In this document: piece by piece, positions 20,420 to 29,391 of the stretch
How positions within the stretch are numbered: the stretch's first letter is position 1
Layout: each line of letters begins with the position of its first letter
Assembly (NCBI GenBank): GCA_963701965.1
Contig: OY969695.1
Coordinates: 4,320,001-4,384,000 of the forward strand
DNA: 64,000 nucleotides
Direction of reading: 5' to 3'
Origin: an uncultured Gemmatimonadales bacterium
Lineage (GTDB): Bacteria > Gemmatimonadota > Gemmatimonadetes > Gemmatimonadales > Gemmatimonadaceae
Position numbers and translations under genes: made by a program
Notes under the pieces: generated by a model
The model's database searches: none
Told to the model about the DNA's origin: nothing
What the model saw: the letters and a program-made list of their open reading frames with translations, nothing else

Positions 20420-22279
20420 ATGCCGGCATTTCTGGGTCTGGTCCGCCTCGCGGGTGGCCGCGTCGACGACACGCTGGACGCGCTCCGCGCATCCCACGCC
20501 GAGGGCTGGTCCTGGTGTGACTCAACGGATCGCTCGGCCGCGCTCGGTCATACGACAGGGGACCCGCGGGCCACGCTGGCACGGGCCGGCGACTGGATGG
20601 CGGTCGGGATGGCGCGCCTCGATAATCGCGACGAGATCCGTGCGTGGTCGGGCGCGCCGGCTGATATCTCCGACTTGCAGGTGATACTGGCGGGGATCGC
20701 GGCGCGCGGCGTTCCCGGTATCCGGAGCATCCTTGGCGACTTCGCGATCGTCGCCTGCCATGCGCGCTCGCGCGACACGATCGTCGCGCGCGACGCGTTC
20801 GGGGTCAAGCCGCTGTTCTACCGCGCGCTGCCGGAAGGGCTGGCGTTGAGCTCCCACGCAGCGCCGCTCGCGGGGGACGCGGACTACGACGCGGACTACG
20901 TCGCCGAGTTCATCCTCAGCGGATTCGACCGCGATCACCGCACGCCGTGGCGCGGGGTCCGCGCGGTTCCCCCGGGGCACTGCATGGTGGTCCGCGATGG
21001 AGTAACGACGCTGACGCGCTATTGGTCGGCGTCGCAGTTCCCGCCGCGGGAGCTGGCGCCGCGCAATGGGGCAGGTGAGGGGAGCCGCGCGGCGTTCCGC
21101 GCGCTGCTGGAGACGGCGATTGCGTCCAACGTGTCGGGGGCTGACGACACCTGGTCGCAGCTGTCCGGTGGGCTCGACTCGTCGACGCTCGTGTCGGTCG
21201 CCGAGACGATGCGCACGGAGGGGAGTGTCCGCGGTGGGGTGGCGGGGGTCATCACCATGGTGGACTCGTTGGATGACGAGTGGCCCTATGCGCACGCGGT
21301 GGCCGAGCGCTATGGGTTGCGGCACGAGGTCGTCAAGGACTACTGGCTGTGGCAGGATGACGGGACGGCTCCGCCGCGGAATGATGTGCCGGACTCGTTG
21401 TATCCGTTCTACGCGCGCAACCGGCGGTTGTGCGAGATCGTGAAGTCGGCGGGCGGGCGGGTGCTGTTGAGCGGGGTGGGGCCGGATCACTATCTAGCTG
21501 GCAACCGGTACTTCTTCGCGGACTGGTTGGCCCAGGGGCGTGTGCTCACGGCGGCGCGCGAGATGTGGCGGTGGTCGAATCTGGCCAAGACCGGGTTTCT
21601 CCGGTTTGCGCTCGACAACGCGATCATGCCGTTGGCGCCGGCTTCGCTCCGCCGCCTGGGCGCGCCGCGGTGGGCGCAGGTGTACGACTGGATCGCGCCG
21701 GACTTTGCGCGGCGGCTCGGGCTCAACGAGCGCACCACCTGGGGCCGGGCGCTCGATGCGCCTGCCGGGCGGAAATACGCCGGGCAGGTCGAGGTCGACA
21801 TGACGCACCTCCCGGTGTGCATCGATCGCGGGGCGTTCGAGGATGGGATCGAGATGCGATACCCGTACCTCTATCGTCCGCTCGTCGAGTACTGCCTGCA
21901 ACTCCCCCGGGAGCTCCGGACGCAGCCCTTTGCCCGCAAGTGGGTGATGCGCGAGGCGGCGAAAGGGATCGTTCCCGAGATCGTGCGCGTGCGCCGGACC
22001 AAGGGCGCCATCAGCGGCCGCACCCGCTGGTCGCTCCGCCGCGAGTCCGCCGTGGTCGACTCGCTGCTGTGCGACTCTATTCTCGCCGAGCTCGGGTGCA
22101 TCGATCCTGTCAAGCTGCGGCGCGCGCTGGATCAGGCCATCGAAGGGGACGACAAAGTCCTGTTCGCCGCGGTCCGCACGTTGGCCCTCGAGACTTGGCT
22201 GCGCGTCACGAATGACCGGTGGGCTGATTGCGGGGCGCCCACTGAATCTCAAGATCTCGCACTCGCCCCCGCCGGGTGA
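20420..22279 (+). CDS. Lasso peptide C: asparagine-synthetase-like macrolactam cyclase
   Basis: ARLDNR, GDFA, ARDAFGVKPLFY, PP-loop LSGGLDSS, LSGVGPD, RYPYLYRPLVE. No N-terminal catalytic Cys. Start 20405 or 20420. Confidence 0.9.
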   Translation: MPAFLGLVRLAGGRVDDTLDALRASHAEGWSWCDSTDRSAALGHTTGDPRATLARAGDWMAVGMARLDNRDEIRAWSGAPADISDLQVILAGIAARGVPGIRSILGDFAIVACHARSRDTIVARDAFGVKPLFYRALPEGLALSSHAAPLAGDADYDADYVAEFILSGFDRDHRTPWRGVRAVPPGHCMVVRDGVTTLTRYWSASQFPPRELAPRNGAGEGSRAAFRALLETAIASNVSGADDTWSQLSGGLDSSTLVSVAETMRTEGSVRGGVAGVITMVDSLDDEWPYAHAVAERYGLRHEVVKDYWLWQDDGTAPPRNDVPDSLYPFYARNRRLCEIVKSAGGRVLLSGVGPDHYLAGNRYFFADWLAQGRVLTAAREMWRWSNLAKTGFLRFALDNAIMPLAPASLRRLGAPRWAQVYDWIAPDFARRLGLNERTTWGRALDAPAGRKYAGQVEVDMTHLPVCIDRGAFEDGIEMRYPYLYRPLVEYCLQLPRELRTQPFARKWVMREAAKGIVPEIVRVRRTKGAISGRTRWSLRRESAVVDSLLCDSILAELGCIDPVKLRRALDQAIEGDDKVLFAAVRTLALETWLRVTNDRWADCGAPTESQDLALAPAG

Positions 22280-22297
22280 AATTCATTCGGAGAGGAA

Positions 22298-22435
22298 ATG
22301 CAAAGCCAGACGACGAAAACCGGCTATGCTGCGCCGAAGCTCGTGACGCAGGGGCCAGTGGGTCAGCTTACTCTCGGAACTGCCACGCTGACGGGGGAAC
22401 CCATTGCAGGCCTGCACATCAGCGGCGAAGTGTGA
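22298..22435 (+). CDS. Lasso peptide precursor A (45 aa), absent from the ORF track
   Basis: Purine-rich RBS ggagagga. MQSQTTKTGYAAPKLVTQGPVGQLTL|GTATLTGEPIAGLHISGEV*: YxxPxL...G motif, Thr at -2, core Gly1 and Glu8. Confidence 0.92.
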   Translation: MQSQTTKTGYAAPKLVTQGPVGQLTLGTATLTGEPIAGLHISGEV

Positions 22436-22439
22436 AAAC

Positions 22440-22479
22440 ACTGACAGAGGGCGGCAGTTGCGTGCCGCCCTCTGTCAGT
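22440..22479. terminator. Perfect 17-bp hairpin shared by the convergent lasso and receptor operons
   Basis: actgacagagggcggca-gttgcg-tgccgccctctgtcagt. Overlaps the receptor stop codon; TGTTTT follows on the minus strand. Confidence 0.75.
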
Positions 22480-25144
22480 ACCCGACACGGACGCCGATCG
22501 ACGCAGTTCGTCCTGGCGTCGCGTACGCGGCGTTCTGCTCAATTGCGTGATTGTTCGCAAGGTTGTCCACGCTAAGAAATCCCGACAGGCGCCGATCGAT
22601 CTGTTGATCGACCGAGAGTCTGAGTTTGACGAATCCCGGAAATCTCTCCAGATAAGCTCGCGGCGTGAGCAACGGTTGCAGGCCGGCAAGCGCACTGTCC
22701 TGCTTTAGCACATTCTGGCTCGTCCAGTAGCCAATATATGTCGCGCCTGCGGCGATCTCGCCGCCCTTCCATGGGCTAGCACCAACCATCAACCCGCCCG
22801 AAGTGAAGGGTACGAGTTGGGCCTGATCGCCGACTCGATAGCTACCATTGTAGTCCGGTCCCAGGTTGGCGATGCGACTCAATGTGTACGAGAACTCGGC
22901 GCTCAGTCGTATCACAGAGATCTGTGCCGAGGCACATGTCTCGAGACCTCTGTTGTCAATCCGGCCAAGATTCTGATATTGAAGTCCGGCTGTATTCGGC
23001 GTGCCTGCCGGAACGATCTCCTGAATGATGAGATTGCGTGCCTGTTGGTTGTAGTATGTGGCTGACAGAGAGCCAATGCGTCCAAAATCAACGTCGATAC
23101 CGACGTCGCCGCCGAGTTGTCGTTCAGGCGCGAGGGCGGCATTCGGGAGTTGGGACGTCCCGCTGATGGTCTGGGCCATGTGCTGTGATGGCAGCCCAGG
23201 TTGAATACCCTCTCCATACGACGCGCGCGCCTTGAACACAACATCGCTAACCGAGTGAACGAACGACAGTCCGAAGCGGGGGGCCACGGCCGTGCCGTAA
23301 GCTGGTCCAATACCGCTGTTGCGATCGGCACGGATTCCTGCGGTCAGAAATAACTGTTCGCGAACCCCGAGCTGCATCTGGCCGAAGGCTCCCGTATTGC
23401 TCACGGGATCGCGATCTAGCAGTGCAACCCCGACAGGAGAGGGGACCGGCACTAATCCGATTACGCTCGGCAAGCCGCTGGCGACAAATTCGTCTATCGT
23501 GCGTTCGTAGTGGTCGAATCCCGCCGTCGCGACCGCGCGCAACGCACGACTCATCAGCCAGGTCGCGGATGTATTGTACGCGATCGACGCCTTGCCTACC
23601 GACCGATCCAGTGCAGCGAGCAGAGTATCGGTCGGTGTCGTGAGTTGCGGCGACGTACGTGCGTATTCAGTCTCTGATCGATCGTATCCGATCGTGAGAT
23701 TGTGCGTCCACCAACTCGACGCGCGATAGTTGAGATTGATTCCATAGGTCTGTTCATGCTCGGCCTCCGTCACGTTCTGAGGCTTCGCGAACTGCGGGAT
23801 GCCGGTGGCCACCTGCTGTGGTGACTCGACGAGGGGAAAGGTCCGCTGTAGGTACCGCGCCGAGAGTTGGATCGACAGTGGCCCTTGATCGAGATGAACT
23901 CCGCCATAGGCGCCGGGGTCTGACGAGTAGTAACCGGGCAGCCAGGCACCGACATGTCGGTACGAGGCCCCAAGGTTGTATCCCGCCCCCTCGCGCGCGC
24001 CTTCCAGCGAGACCGCGTATTGCTGCTGCAACGCGCCGGCGTCCTTGTCCGGGCCCTGGACGACGCCCTCGGCGATGGAGGCGTTGAGGGTAGGACGATC
24101 GGGCGCGCCAATGCCGTGTTTCGTGAAGATCTGCATGACGCCGCCACTGGCGTCGGACCCATAGATGGTCGACGCTTGCGGCCCGCGGATCACTTCGACG
24201 TGGTCGATGCTGTTGACGTCAACCGCGGCGTAGGCGAAGTCCGCCACTTCCACGCCGTCGATGTACGTCTTGATGTTGTTGACGTCGAAGGAGTTGATCC
24301 CCCGCACGGTGATCGTGCTGTAGTAGTCGAAGTTGCCTTGCGCCCACGAGATGCTGCCGGGCACGGAGCCGCGGAAGATCTCGTCCACGCGGGCGTAGTG
24401 CTGCGTCTGGAACTCGGCCGCCGTGATGACGCTGATGGGCGTCGGCAGCTCCTTTTCCTGCGTCGGCACGATCGTCCCGGTGACGACGACGCGCTCCAGT
24501 GAGCCGGTAAGCTGCTCGAGCCCGAAATCCACGGTCGGGCGCTCGCCTGGCGCGATGGTGACGGTGCGGGCCGCCGGGTGGTAGCCGAGGAGGCGGACCC
24601 GGGCCGGGAAGGTGCCGGCCGGCACCGAGTCCAGGCGGTAAGTGCCGCTGTCCGACGACGTGGCCCGCTGCCAGAGGCCATCGAGGATGACCGTCGCCCC
24701 CGGCAACAGTCTCCCGGTGCGCGCATCGCGCACGCGGCCCGTGATCGCCAAGGGCGCCGCCGGCGCGATGATGATGGCCGAGTCGGCCGCCAACTTCGCA
24801 CCCAGTCCCGTGCCCCGCAACACGATGCCGAGAACGCGGCCGAGCGAGGCGTGCGCATCGTGGAACGACACGCGCTGCGGCGCCGCGCTCACCACCGCCG
24901 TCTCGAAGTCGAACGGGATCCCGGTCGAATCGCGGATCAGATCCAGCGCCTGCCGTACCGTGACCCCGCGAAAATCAACCGCGATGGCCCGGTCCAGCGA
25001 TGGCGCCGGCGGCACTGCCGCCGCCGGACGCGCGCGAGCGTCCGGGGTGACCGGTGATTGAGCAACAGCAACGTGCGATTCGATCCCTCCGCTGACCGAC
25101 AGGAACGTCAGCAGGGGAACCCATCGACGAACGGACCAACGCAG
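22475..25144 (-). CDS. TonB-dependent receptor/transducer (STN + CarboxypepD-like + plug + barrel)
   Basis: STN-like N-terminus, TonB box LERVVVTG, plug IDHVEVIRGPQASTIYGSDASGGVMQIFTK, C-terminal NLAN...PGRTASIGVRVGY. The signal peptide is only present if started at CTG 25144. Confidence 0.9.
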   Translation of the reverse strand: MRWSVRRWVPLLTFLSVSGGIESHVAVAQSPVTPDARARPAAAVPPAPSLDRAIAVDFRGVTVRQALDLIRDSTGIPFDFETAVVSAAPQRVSFHDAHASLGRVLGIVLRGTGLGAKLAADSAIIIAPAAPLAITGRVRDARTGRLLPGATVILDGLWQRATSSDSGTYRLDSVPAGTFPARVRLLGYHPAARTVTIAPGERPTVDFGLEQLTGSLERVVVTGTIVPTQEKELPTPISVITAAEFQTQHYARVDEIFRGSVPGSISWAQGNFDYYSTITVRGINSFDVNNIKTYIDGVEVADFAYAAVDVNSIDHVEVIRGPQASTIYGSDASGGVMQIFTKHGIGAPDRPTLNASIAEGVVQGPDKDAGALQQQYAVSLEGAREGAGYNLGASYRHVGAWLPGYYSSDPGAYGGVHLDQGPLSIQLSARYLQRTFPLVESPQQVATGIPQFAKPQNVTEAEHEQTYGINLNYRASSWWTHNLTIGYDRSETEYARTSPQLTTPTDTLLAALDRSVGKASIAYNTSATWLMSRALRAVATAGFDHYERTIDEFVASGLPSVIGLVPVPSPVGVALLDRDPVSNTGAFGQMQLGVREQLFLTAGIRADRNSGIGPAYGTAVAPRFGLSFVHSVSDVVFKARASYGEGIQPGLPSQHMAQTISGTSQLPNAALAPERQLGGDVGIDVDFGRIGSLSATYYNQQARNLIIQEIVPAGTPNTAGLQYQNLGRIDNRGLETCASAQISVIRLSAEFSYTLSRIANLGPDYNGSYRVGDQAQLVPFTSGGLMVGASPWKGGEIAAGATYIGYWTSQNVLKQDSALAGLQPLLTPRAYLERFPGFVKLRLSVDQQIDRRLSGFLSVDNLANNHAIEQNAAYATPGRTASIGVRVGY

Positions 25145-25209
25145 AGCGACGCCTCCCGCGGATCATAACGGAGACCGGTTTTTTCGCTCCCCACATTACA
25201 CGTTGGACC

Positions 25210-26322
25210 TTATCGCCGAAACAGTCGAACTTCCCGCCCGTGGCGCTCGTACGCCAATCCCCGCACGGTCTGGCGCAACGCATCCAGCACCTGCACATCC
25301 GTGCCGCCATTGACCGTAAATGTGACTGTGCGGGCAGCCAACACCGTATCGTCGATGCGGAACTGAAGATCGTACGCCCGTCCGATCTCCTCCGCTACAT
25401 CCCGCAACGGCATGTCCGTGAACACACGCCGCCCGTGCGTCCACTCGAAATACCATGGCGACACCGGCGTCACCACCGTCTTGCCATGCGCCACGTCGAT
25501 CACGCCAATGTACCCACTCCGCACCACCGTCTCAGCGCCACCCACGCGGATCGACACACTGTCCGTCTGCACGGCCACGCGCGGCGGCGCGCCGGCATAC
25601 GCGCGCACATCGAACACCGTACCCAGATCCCGCGCCTCTACGCCCGCGGCCCACACGATAAACCGCCGGTCCGTCCGGTGCTCGACGTGGAACGAGGCCT
25701 GGCCCACGAGTGACACCACGTGATCCGCGCCGCCCCGCTCGAACCCGAACCGCAGCTCGCTCGCCGGCGCCAGCACCACGTCAGTGCCATCCGGTAAGTG
25801 CACCGATCGCGTCTCGCCCCGGTTCGTGGCGTACGCCAGCGACGACGTCGGCGCCGACACCCGCTCTGGCTCCCGCACTGGCGGATGCGTCTCGCGCCGT
25901 ACTACCAGGGCCGTCGCCACCGCGACTACGATACCGCCCGCGACCCCCGAGAGCGTGCCCAGCCGACGCCAGCGCCGCGCGCGGCGCACCCGCGGACCGT
26001 GGGCGAGCCCGCCGTCGATGACCCGCAGATGCTCCACGCCGCGTCCACCCACGCGGACGCGGTCGCCCTCCTGTCCCGCGATCCGATCCTGCAGCTGTTC
26101 CCACGCCTCCTCGGGATCGACTTCGAGCGGTTCCGGCCGCGGACTCAGGCGCGCCCACACCTTCCGGTACGCGCGCACGTACCGCTGCAACCCCTCGTCA
26201 TCAGCGAGCCAGCGCTCCACCAAGCGCCGCTCCGGCAACGTGCTGAGGCCGTCGAGGTAGCGGTGGATCGCCGCCCACCGCAACCGCTCCAACTCCTCAT
26301 CCCGCGGGTTGTCGTTGATCAT
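25210..26322 (-). CDS. FecR-family anti-sigma/transducer
   Basis: N-terminal IHRYLDG..VERWL, single TM helix, TNRGETRSVHLPDGT.V.LAPASEL, LVGQASFHV, RDLGTVFDV, WTHGRRVFTDMPL. Confidence 0.92.
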   Translation of the reverse strand: MINDNPRDEELERLRWAAIHRYLDGLSTLPERRLVERWLADDEGLQRYVRAYRKVWARLSPRPEPLEVDPEEAWEQLQDRIAGQEGDRVRVGGRGVEHLRVIDGGLAHGPRVRRARRWRRLGTLSGVAGGIVVAVATALVVRRETHPPVREPERVSAPTSSLAYATNRGETRSVHLPDGTDVVLAPASELRFGFERGGADHVVSLVGQASFHVEHRTDRRFIVWAAGVEARDLGTVFDVRAYAGAPPRVAVQTDSVSIRVGGAETVVRSGYIGVIDVAHGKTVVTPVSPWYFEWTHGRRVFTDMPLRDVAEEIGRAYDLQFRIDDTVLAARTVTFTVNGGTDVQVLDALRQTVRGLAYERHGREVRLFRR

Positions 26323-26331
26323 CGGCTTTGG

Positions 26332-27006
26332 CTATAAAGACGCGGGACGGCGCCCGTCTGCGTATGACACGTCCGGCAGCCAGGCCGCCAGCTCCCGCCT
26401 CAGCAATGTGTACGCCTGGTGGAGTTGCGTGTCGACGGTTCGAACCGAGACACTCATCAGTTCGGCGATTTGTGCGTTTGTCATCTGCCCCACGCGATGC
26501 AAGACCAGCGTCTCGCGCCGCCGGAGCGGCAACTTCGCGATGGCCCGGGCGATCGCGCTCTGCAACTCGGCGGCGGCGATGGTCGCCTCGACCGGAAGGC
26601 GCGCGGGAATCTCGGGAATCATCCCCGGGCCGAACGTCCCGCGCGATCGCAACACACGCGCGATCCAAGAGCGTTCGACGCGCTGGTGACGGAGGGTCGA
26701 GATGGCGCGCTTGCGGACGGCGCCATACAGATAGGCGATGAGCGACAGCCGGACTGTGAGCCCGTCCCGCTTGTCCCAGAGGTTGAACATCACCTCCTGC
26801 ACGATCTCCTGGGCATCAGCCCGGGACTCCACCAATCCGTTGGCGACACTGACCAGCCACGGTTGATAGTGGAGAAACGCGTCGCGAAACGCGCCCTCCT
26901 CGCCCCGACGGATGCCTTCGACCCACAGCCGATCAATGGCGGCCTGGTCGGGCAGCGTCGCGATCGCCGACGCCGACCGCTCCGAGAAGCGCGGCCGGCG
27001 CGTCAC
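26332..27006 (-). CDS. ECF sigma-70 factor (FecI-like)
   Basis: ADAQEIVQEVMFNLW (region 2), AIAKLPLRRRETLVL..MTNAQIAELMSVSVRTVDTQL (region 4). Confidence 0.92.
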   Translation of the reverse strand: MTRRPRFSERSASAIATLPDQAAIDRLWVEGIRRGEEGAFRDAFLHYQPWLVSVANGLVESRADAQEIVQEVMFNLWDKRDGLTVRLSLIAYLYGAVRKRAISTLRHQRVERSWIARVLRSRGTFGPGMIPEIPARLPVEATIAAAELQSAIARAIAKLPLRRRETLVLHRVGQMTNAQIAELMSVSVRTVDTQLHQAYTLLRRELAAWLPDVSYADGRRPASL

Positions 27007-27074
27007 GTGTCGACACTCATCTGAAGCGGCACCGGCCCATCATCGTCCTCCATGGGGCAATCTGCAAGAAAAGA

Positions 27075-27284
27075 TCACGCCGCGGGCGGCGAGTGGTGCA
27101 GGCCGAGCTCGCCGACCGGCTCCACCCAATCCCGTACCCGCTGGCCTGTGATGCGATTGGCGCGCATCGCTTCGGCGAGGTACCGCAGTCCCTCGAAATA
27201 GGCGACCATCTCGCTCTCGGCCCGCACCCGGGCCTCGAAGATGGGACGGTCGGCCGTGTCGAACGCCCTATAGATCCAATTCAT
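27075..27284 (-). CDS. Small hypothetical protein
   Basis: 69-aa ATG ORF with GAGG upstream, directly upstream of the ECF gene. Confidence 0.45.
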   Translation of the reverse strand: MNWIYRAFDTADRPIFEARVRAESEMVAYFEGLRYLAEAMRANRITGQRVRDWVEPVGELGLHHSPPAA

Positions 27285-27605
27285 ACGCGATAGCCCTCAA
27301 GCCTCGGCAACGTCGAATCACAACGAGACGCACAATGCCGATTCACTGCTTATAGACGGACGGACATCGTGACCGGGTGAATCGGGCCGTTCACCGTCGG
27401 GCCCGCCCTCGCGGGGGCCAGGGTCCCAGGACTTGTGTCGGAACGATCTAGCCGTAATGTTGGGCTCGGTACAGCGCCCCTCGGGGCGTCTCGATAACGG
27501 CAAATCCGGCGAAAGCCGGTGACGCAAAGCTCTGGAGGCTACGGCGCAGACCACCGCGCTATGCCAGTCCGGCCGCCGAACGGACGTCATCGGAGGAAGC
27601 GCGCC

Positions 27606-29339
27606 GTGTCCACGCGCATTCGGCTCATCTTTGGTGCCGCCGCTGGCCTTGCCGCGGCGGGGCAATCCGCAGGAGCCCAGAAGGTCATCGCGGCGCGGTC
27701 GGCCGTGGGAAGGACCATCGAAGCGCCCGTCCAGCGGGAGCAGGAGACCGCGAGTTGGCGGTCGGGGGATGTCATCGTCTGGGTCCGCGTCGCCAAGAGC
27801 GGCGCCATCTCCGTGTTCGCATCGCACGGATATCGATCGGCGTTTGCGCACCCGCTGGGGATTACGGCGGATGAAGCCGACAAATGGGCGGAAGTCGGCG
27901 ATCGCATCGCGGCGGGGCAGGCTGTCGCCGGGTCGATGGCACTTGGCGACGGCGACATCATCCTGGAACCGGGGCGCCTCGGCGACTCGGTGGTCCTGAA
28001 TGTCCGCCTCGGCGGCACTCGGCCGGACGCCATCGCCATCGATCTCGGCACCGTCATGCTGCGCGACGTCGGGCCCGCCCTGCGGAACACCGCCCGCATC
28101 GCCCGCGCCGCCCAAGCCCCGCAGCCCGTCGACCCACCCCCGCAAGCGGCGGCGGCCGCGGCTCCGCCGGCCCCAAGGCCCGGCGCCCCAGCCGCACCTT
28201 CCCAACCCGCGCCAATCTCCGCCGCTGGATCTCCGGTCGCACCACCGGCGCCTGCGGCGCCGGCCGTTCCTCGCGCGGCCGCAGCGATCTCGCAACCTGT
28301 GTCGCCACCCGCCGCAGTGTCCGCCGCGGAATCACCGCAGGCGGCGTAGCGGCACCGGCCGCCGGCGGCGCCAGTGTCCGCCGCGCCGGCGCCGACGGCG
28401 CCGCCGTCGGCCGCCGCCTTGCCGGCCGCGCCAGTGATGGCCGCATCACAACCACCGCCGTCAGCCGCGCCAGCCCCGGCGGCAATCGCCGCTGTCGCGC
28501 CCACAGCCGTGGCGTCGGCGGCTCGGCCGCTACCGGTCGCCGCACCAGCGGCCGTCCCGGCCGCGCCAGTGATGGCCGCATCACAGCCAGCTCCATCAGC
28601 GCCACCGCCGGCGGCAATCGCCGCCGTCGCGCCGACAGCCGTGGCGTCGGCAACTGCGCCGTTACCAGCCGCCGCGCCAGCGACCGCCGTACCGTCGACA
28701 GCCGCAGCGCCGACAGCCGTCGCCGTTGCTCCCCCCGCGCCGACGGCGGCAACACCGGCTGCGGCAGCTCCTACTCCAGTTGCGGCTCCCGTGCCTTTGG
28801 CGCGCCCAGCGCCGCAGGCGCCGGCGCGGCCGGCAGCCGCACCTGCCACACCATTCCCCCACACCGCCTCCACCCCCTTGGCTGCGCCGGCAAAGCGCGC
28901 CCCGATACTGGTGGCGACCGCGCCGGTGTCGCCAGCGACCACGGACACCGCGACGAGGGCGCTGCACCGCACCAGCGCGGGCAGCATCGCCAAGCGGGCC
29001 CCGGGTCGGCTCGCGCGACCGGATGCCGCCGCTGCCGACGCCGCGCGCCTGCCGGCATCGACCGTCGCCAACCTGGTCGAGCAATGGCAGCCCCAGCTCG
29101 ACCTCTGCTACACGGAGTACGGCCTCAAGCTCAACCCGGCCCTGACCGGGACCGTCTCGCTCCGCCTCGCGATCCGCCCAACGGGCGACGTCGGCGCAAC
29201 GACCGTCACGCGCCACAACTGGTCCGGCCGCGGCGGCGCCGAGGCCGAGCTGTGTATCCGCACGCGCGCAAAAAGCTGGATGTTCCCGCCGTCGTCGACC
29301 CCCACCACCCACGACTTCACGGTCGCATTCGCGCCATGA
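27606..29339 (+). pseudogene. Secreted Pro/Ala-rich protein with C-terminal AgmX/PglI (TonB_C-like) domain, interrupted by an in-frame TAG at 28347-28349
   Basis: GGAGG RBS, GTG start, signal peptide (AGA|Q). Both ORF halves share one frame. C-terminus LCYTEYGLKLNPALTGTVSLRLAIRPTGDV...LCIRTRAKSWMFP. Confidence 0.65.
28422..28651 (+). repeat. Imperfect direct repeat (about 95-bp unit, 135-bp spacing) in the Pro/Ala linker
   Basis: ccggccgcgccagtgatggccgcatcaca...ggcggcaatcgccgc.gtcgcgcc.acagccgtggcgtcggc at 28422 and 28557 (PAAPVMAASQP...PAAIAAVAPTAVASA twice). Confidence 0.85.
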
Positions 29340-29391
29340 AGCGCCGAGCCATCTTGCAATCGCCGCCCACGTCGCCGATTGTTCTATCGCG

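Noticed and set aside
20048..22279. Housekeeping asparagine synthetase, or a 743-aa start
   Set aside because: No N-terminal catalytic Cys and flanked by B1, B2 and a precursor; the long start overlaps B2.
22276..22575. 99-aa ORF after the cyclase
   Set aside because: Different-frame shadow over the real precursor; runs through the hairpin into the receptor gene; no motifs.
27290..27590. Possible ncRNA or riboswitch in the 300-bp intergenic region
   Set aside because: Only short GC hairpins; no family I can recognise. An Rfam/Infernal scan would decide.
28347..28349. Pyrrolysine or amber read-through
   Set aside because: No pyl genes in the window, TAG ends many genes here, and local codons point to compensating indels.
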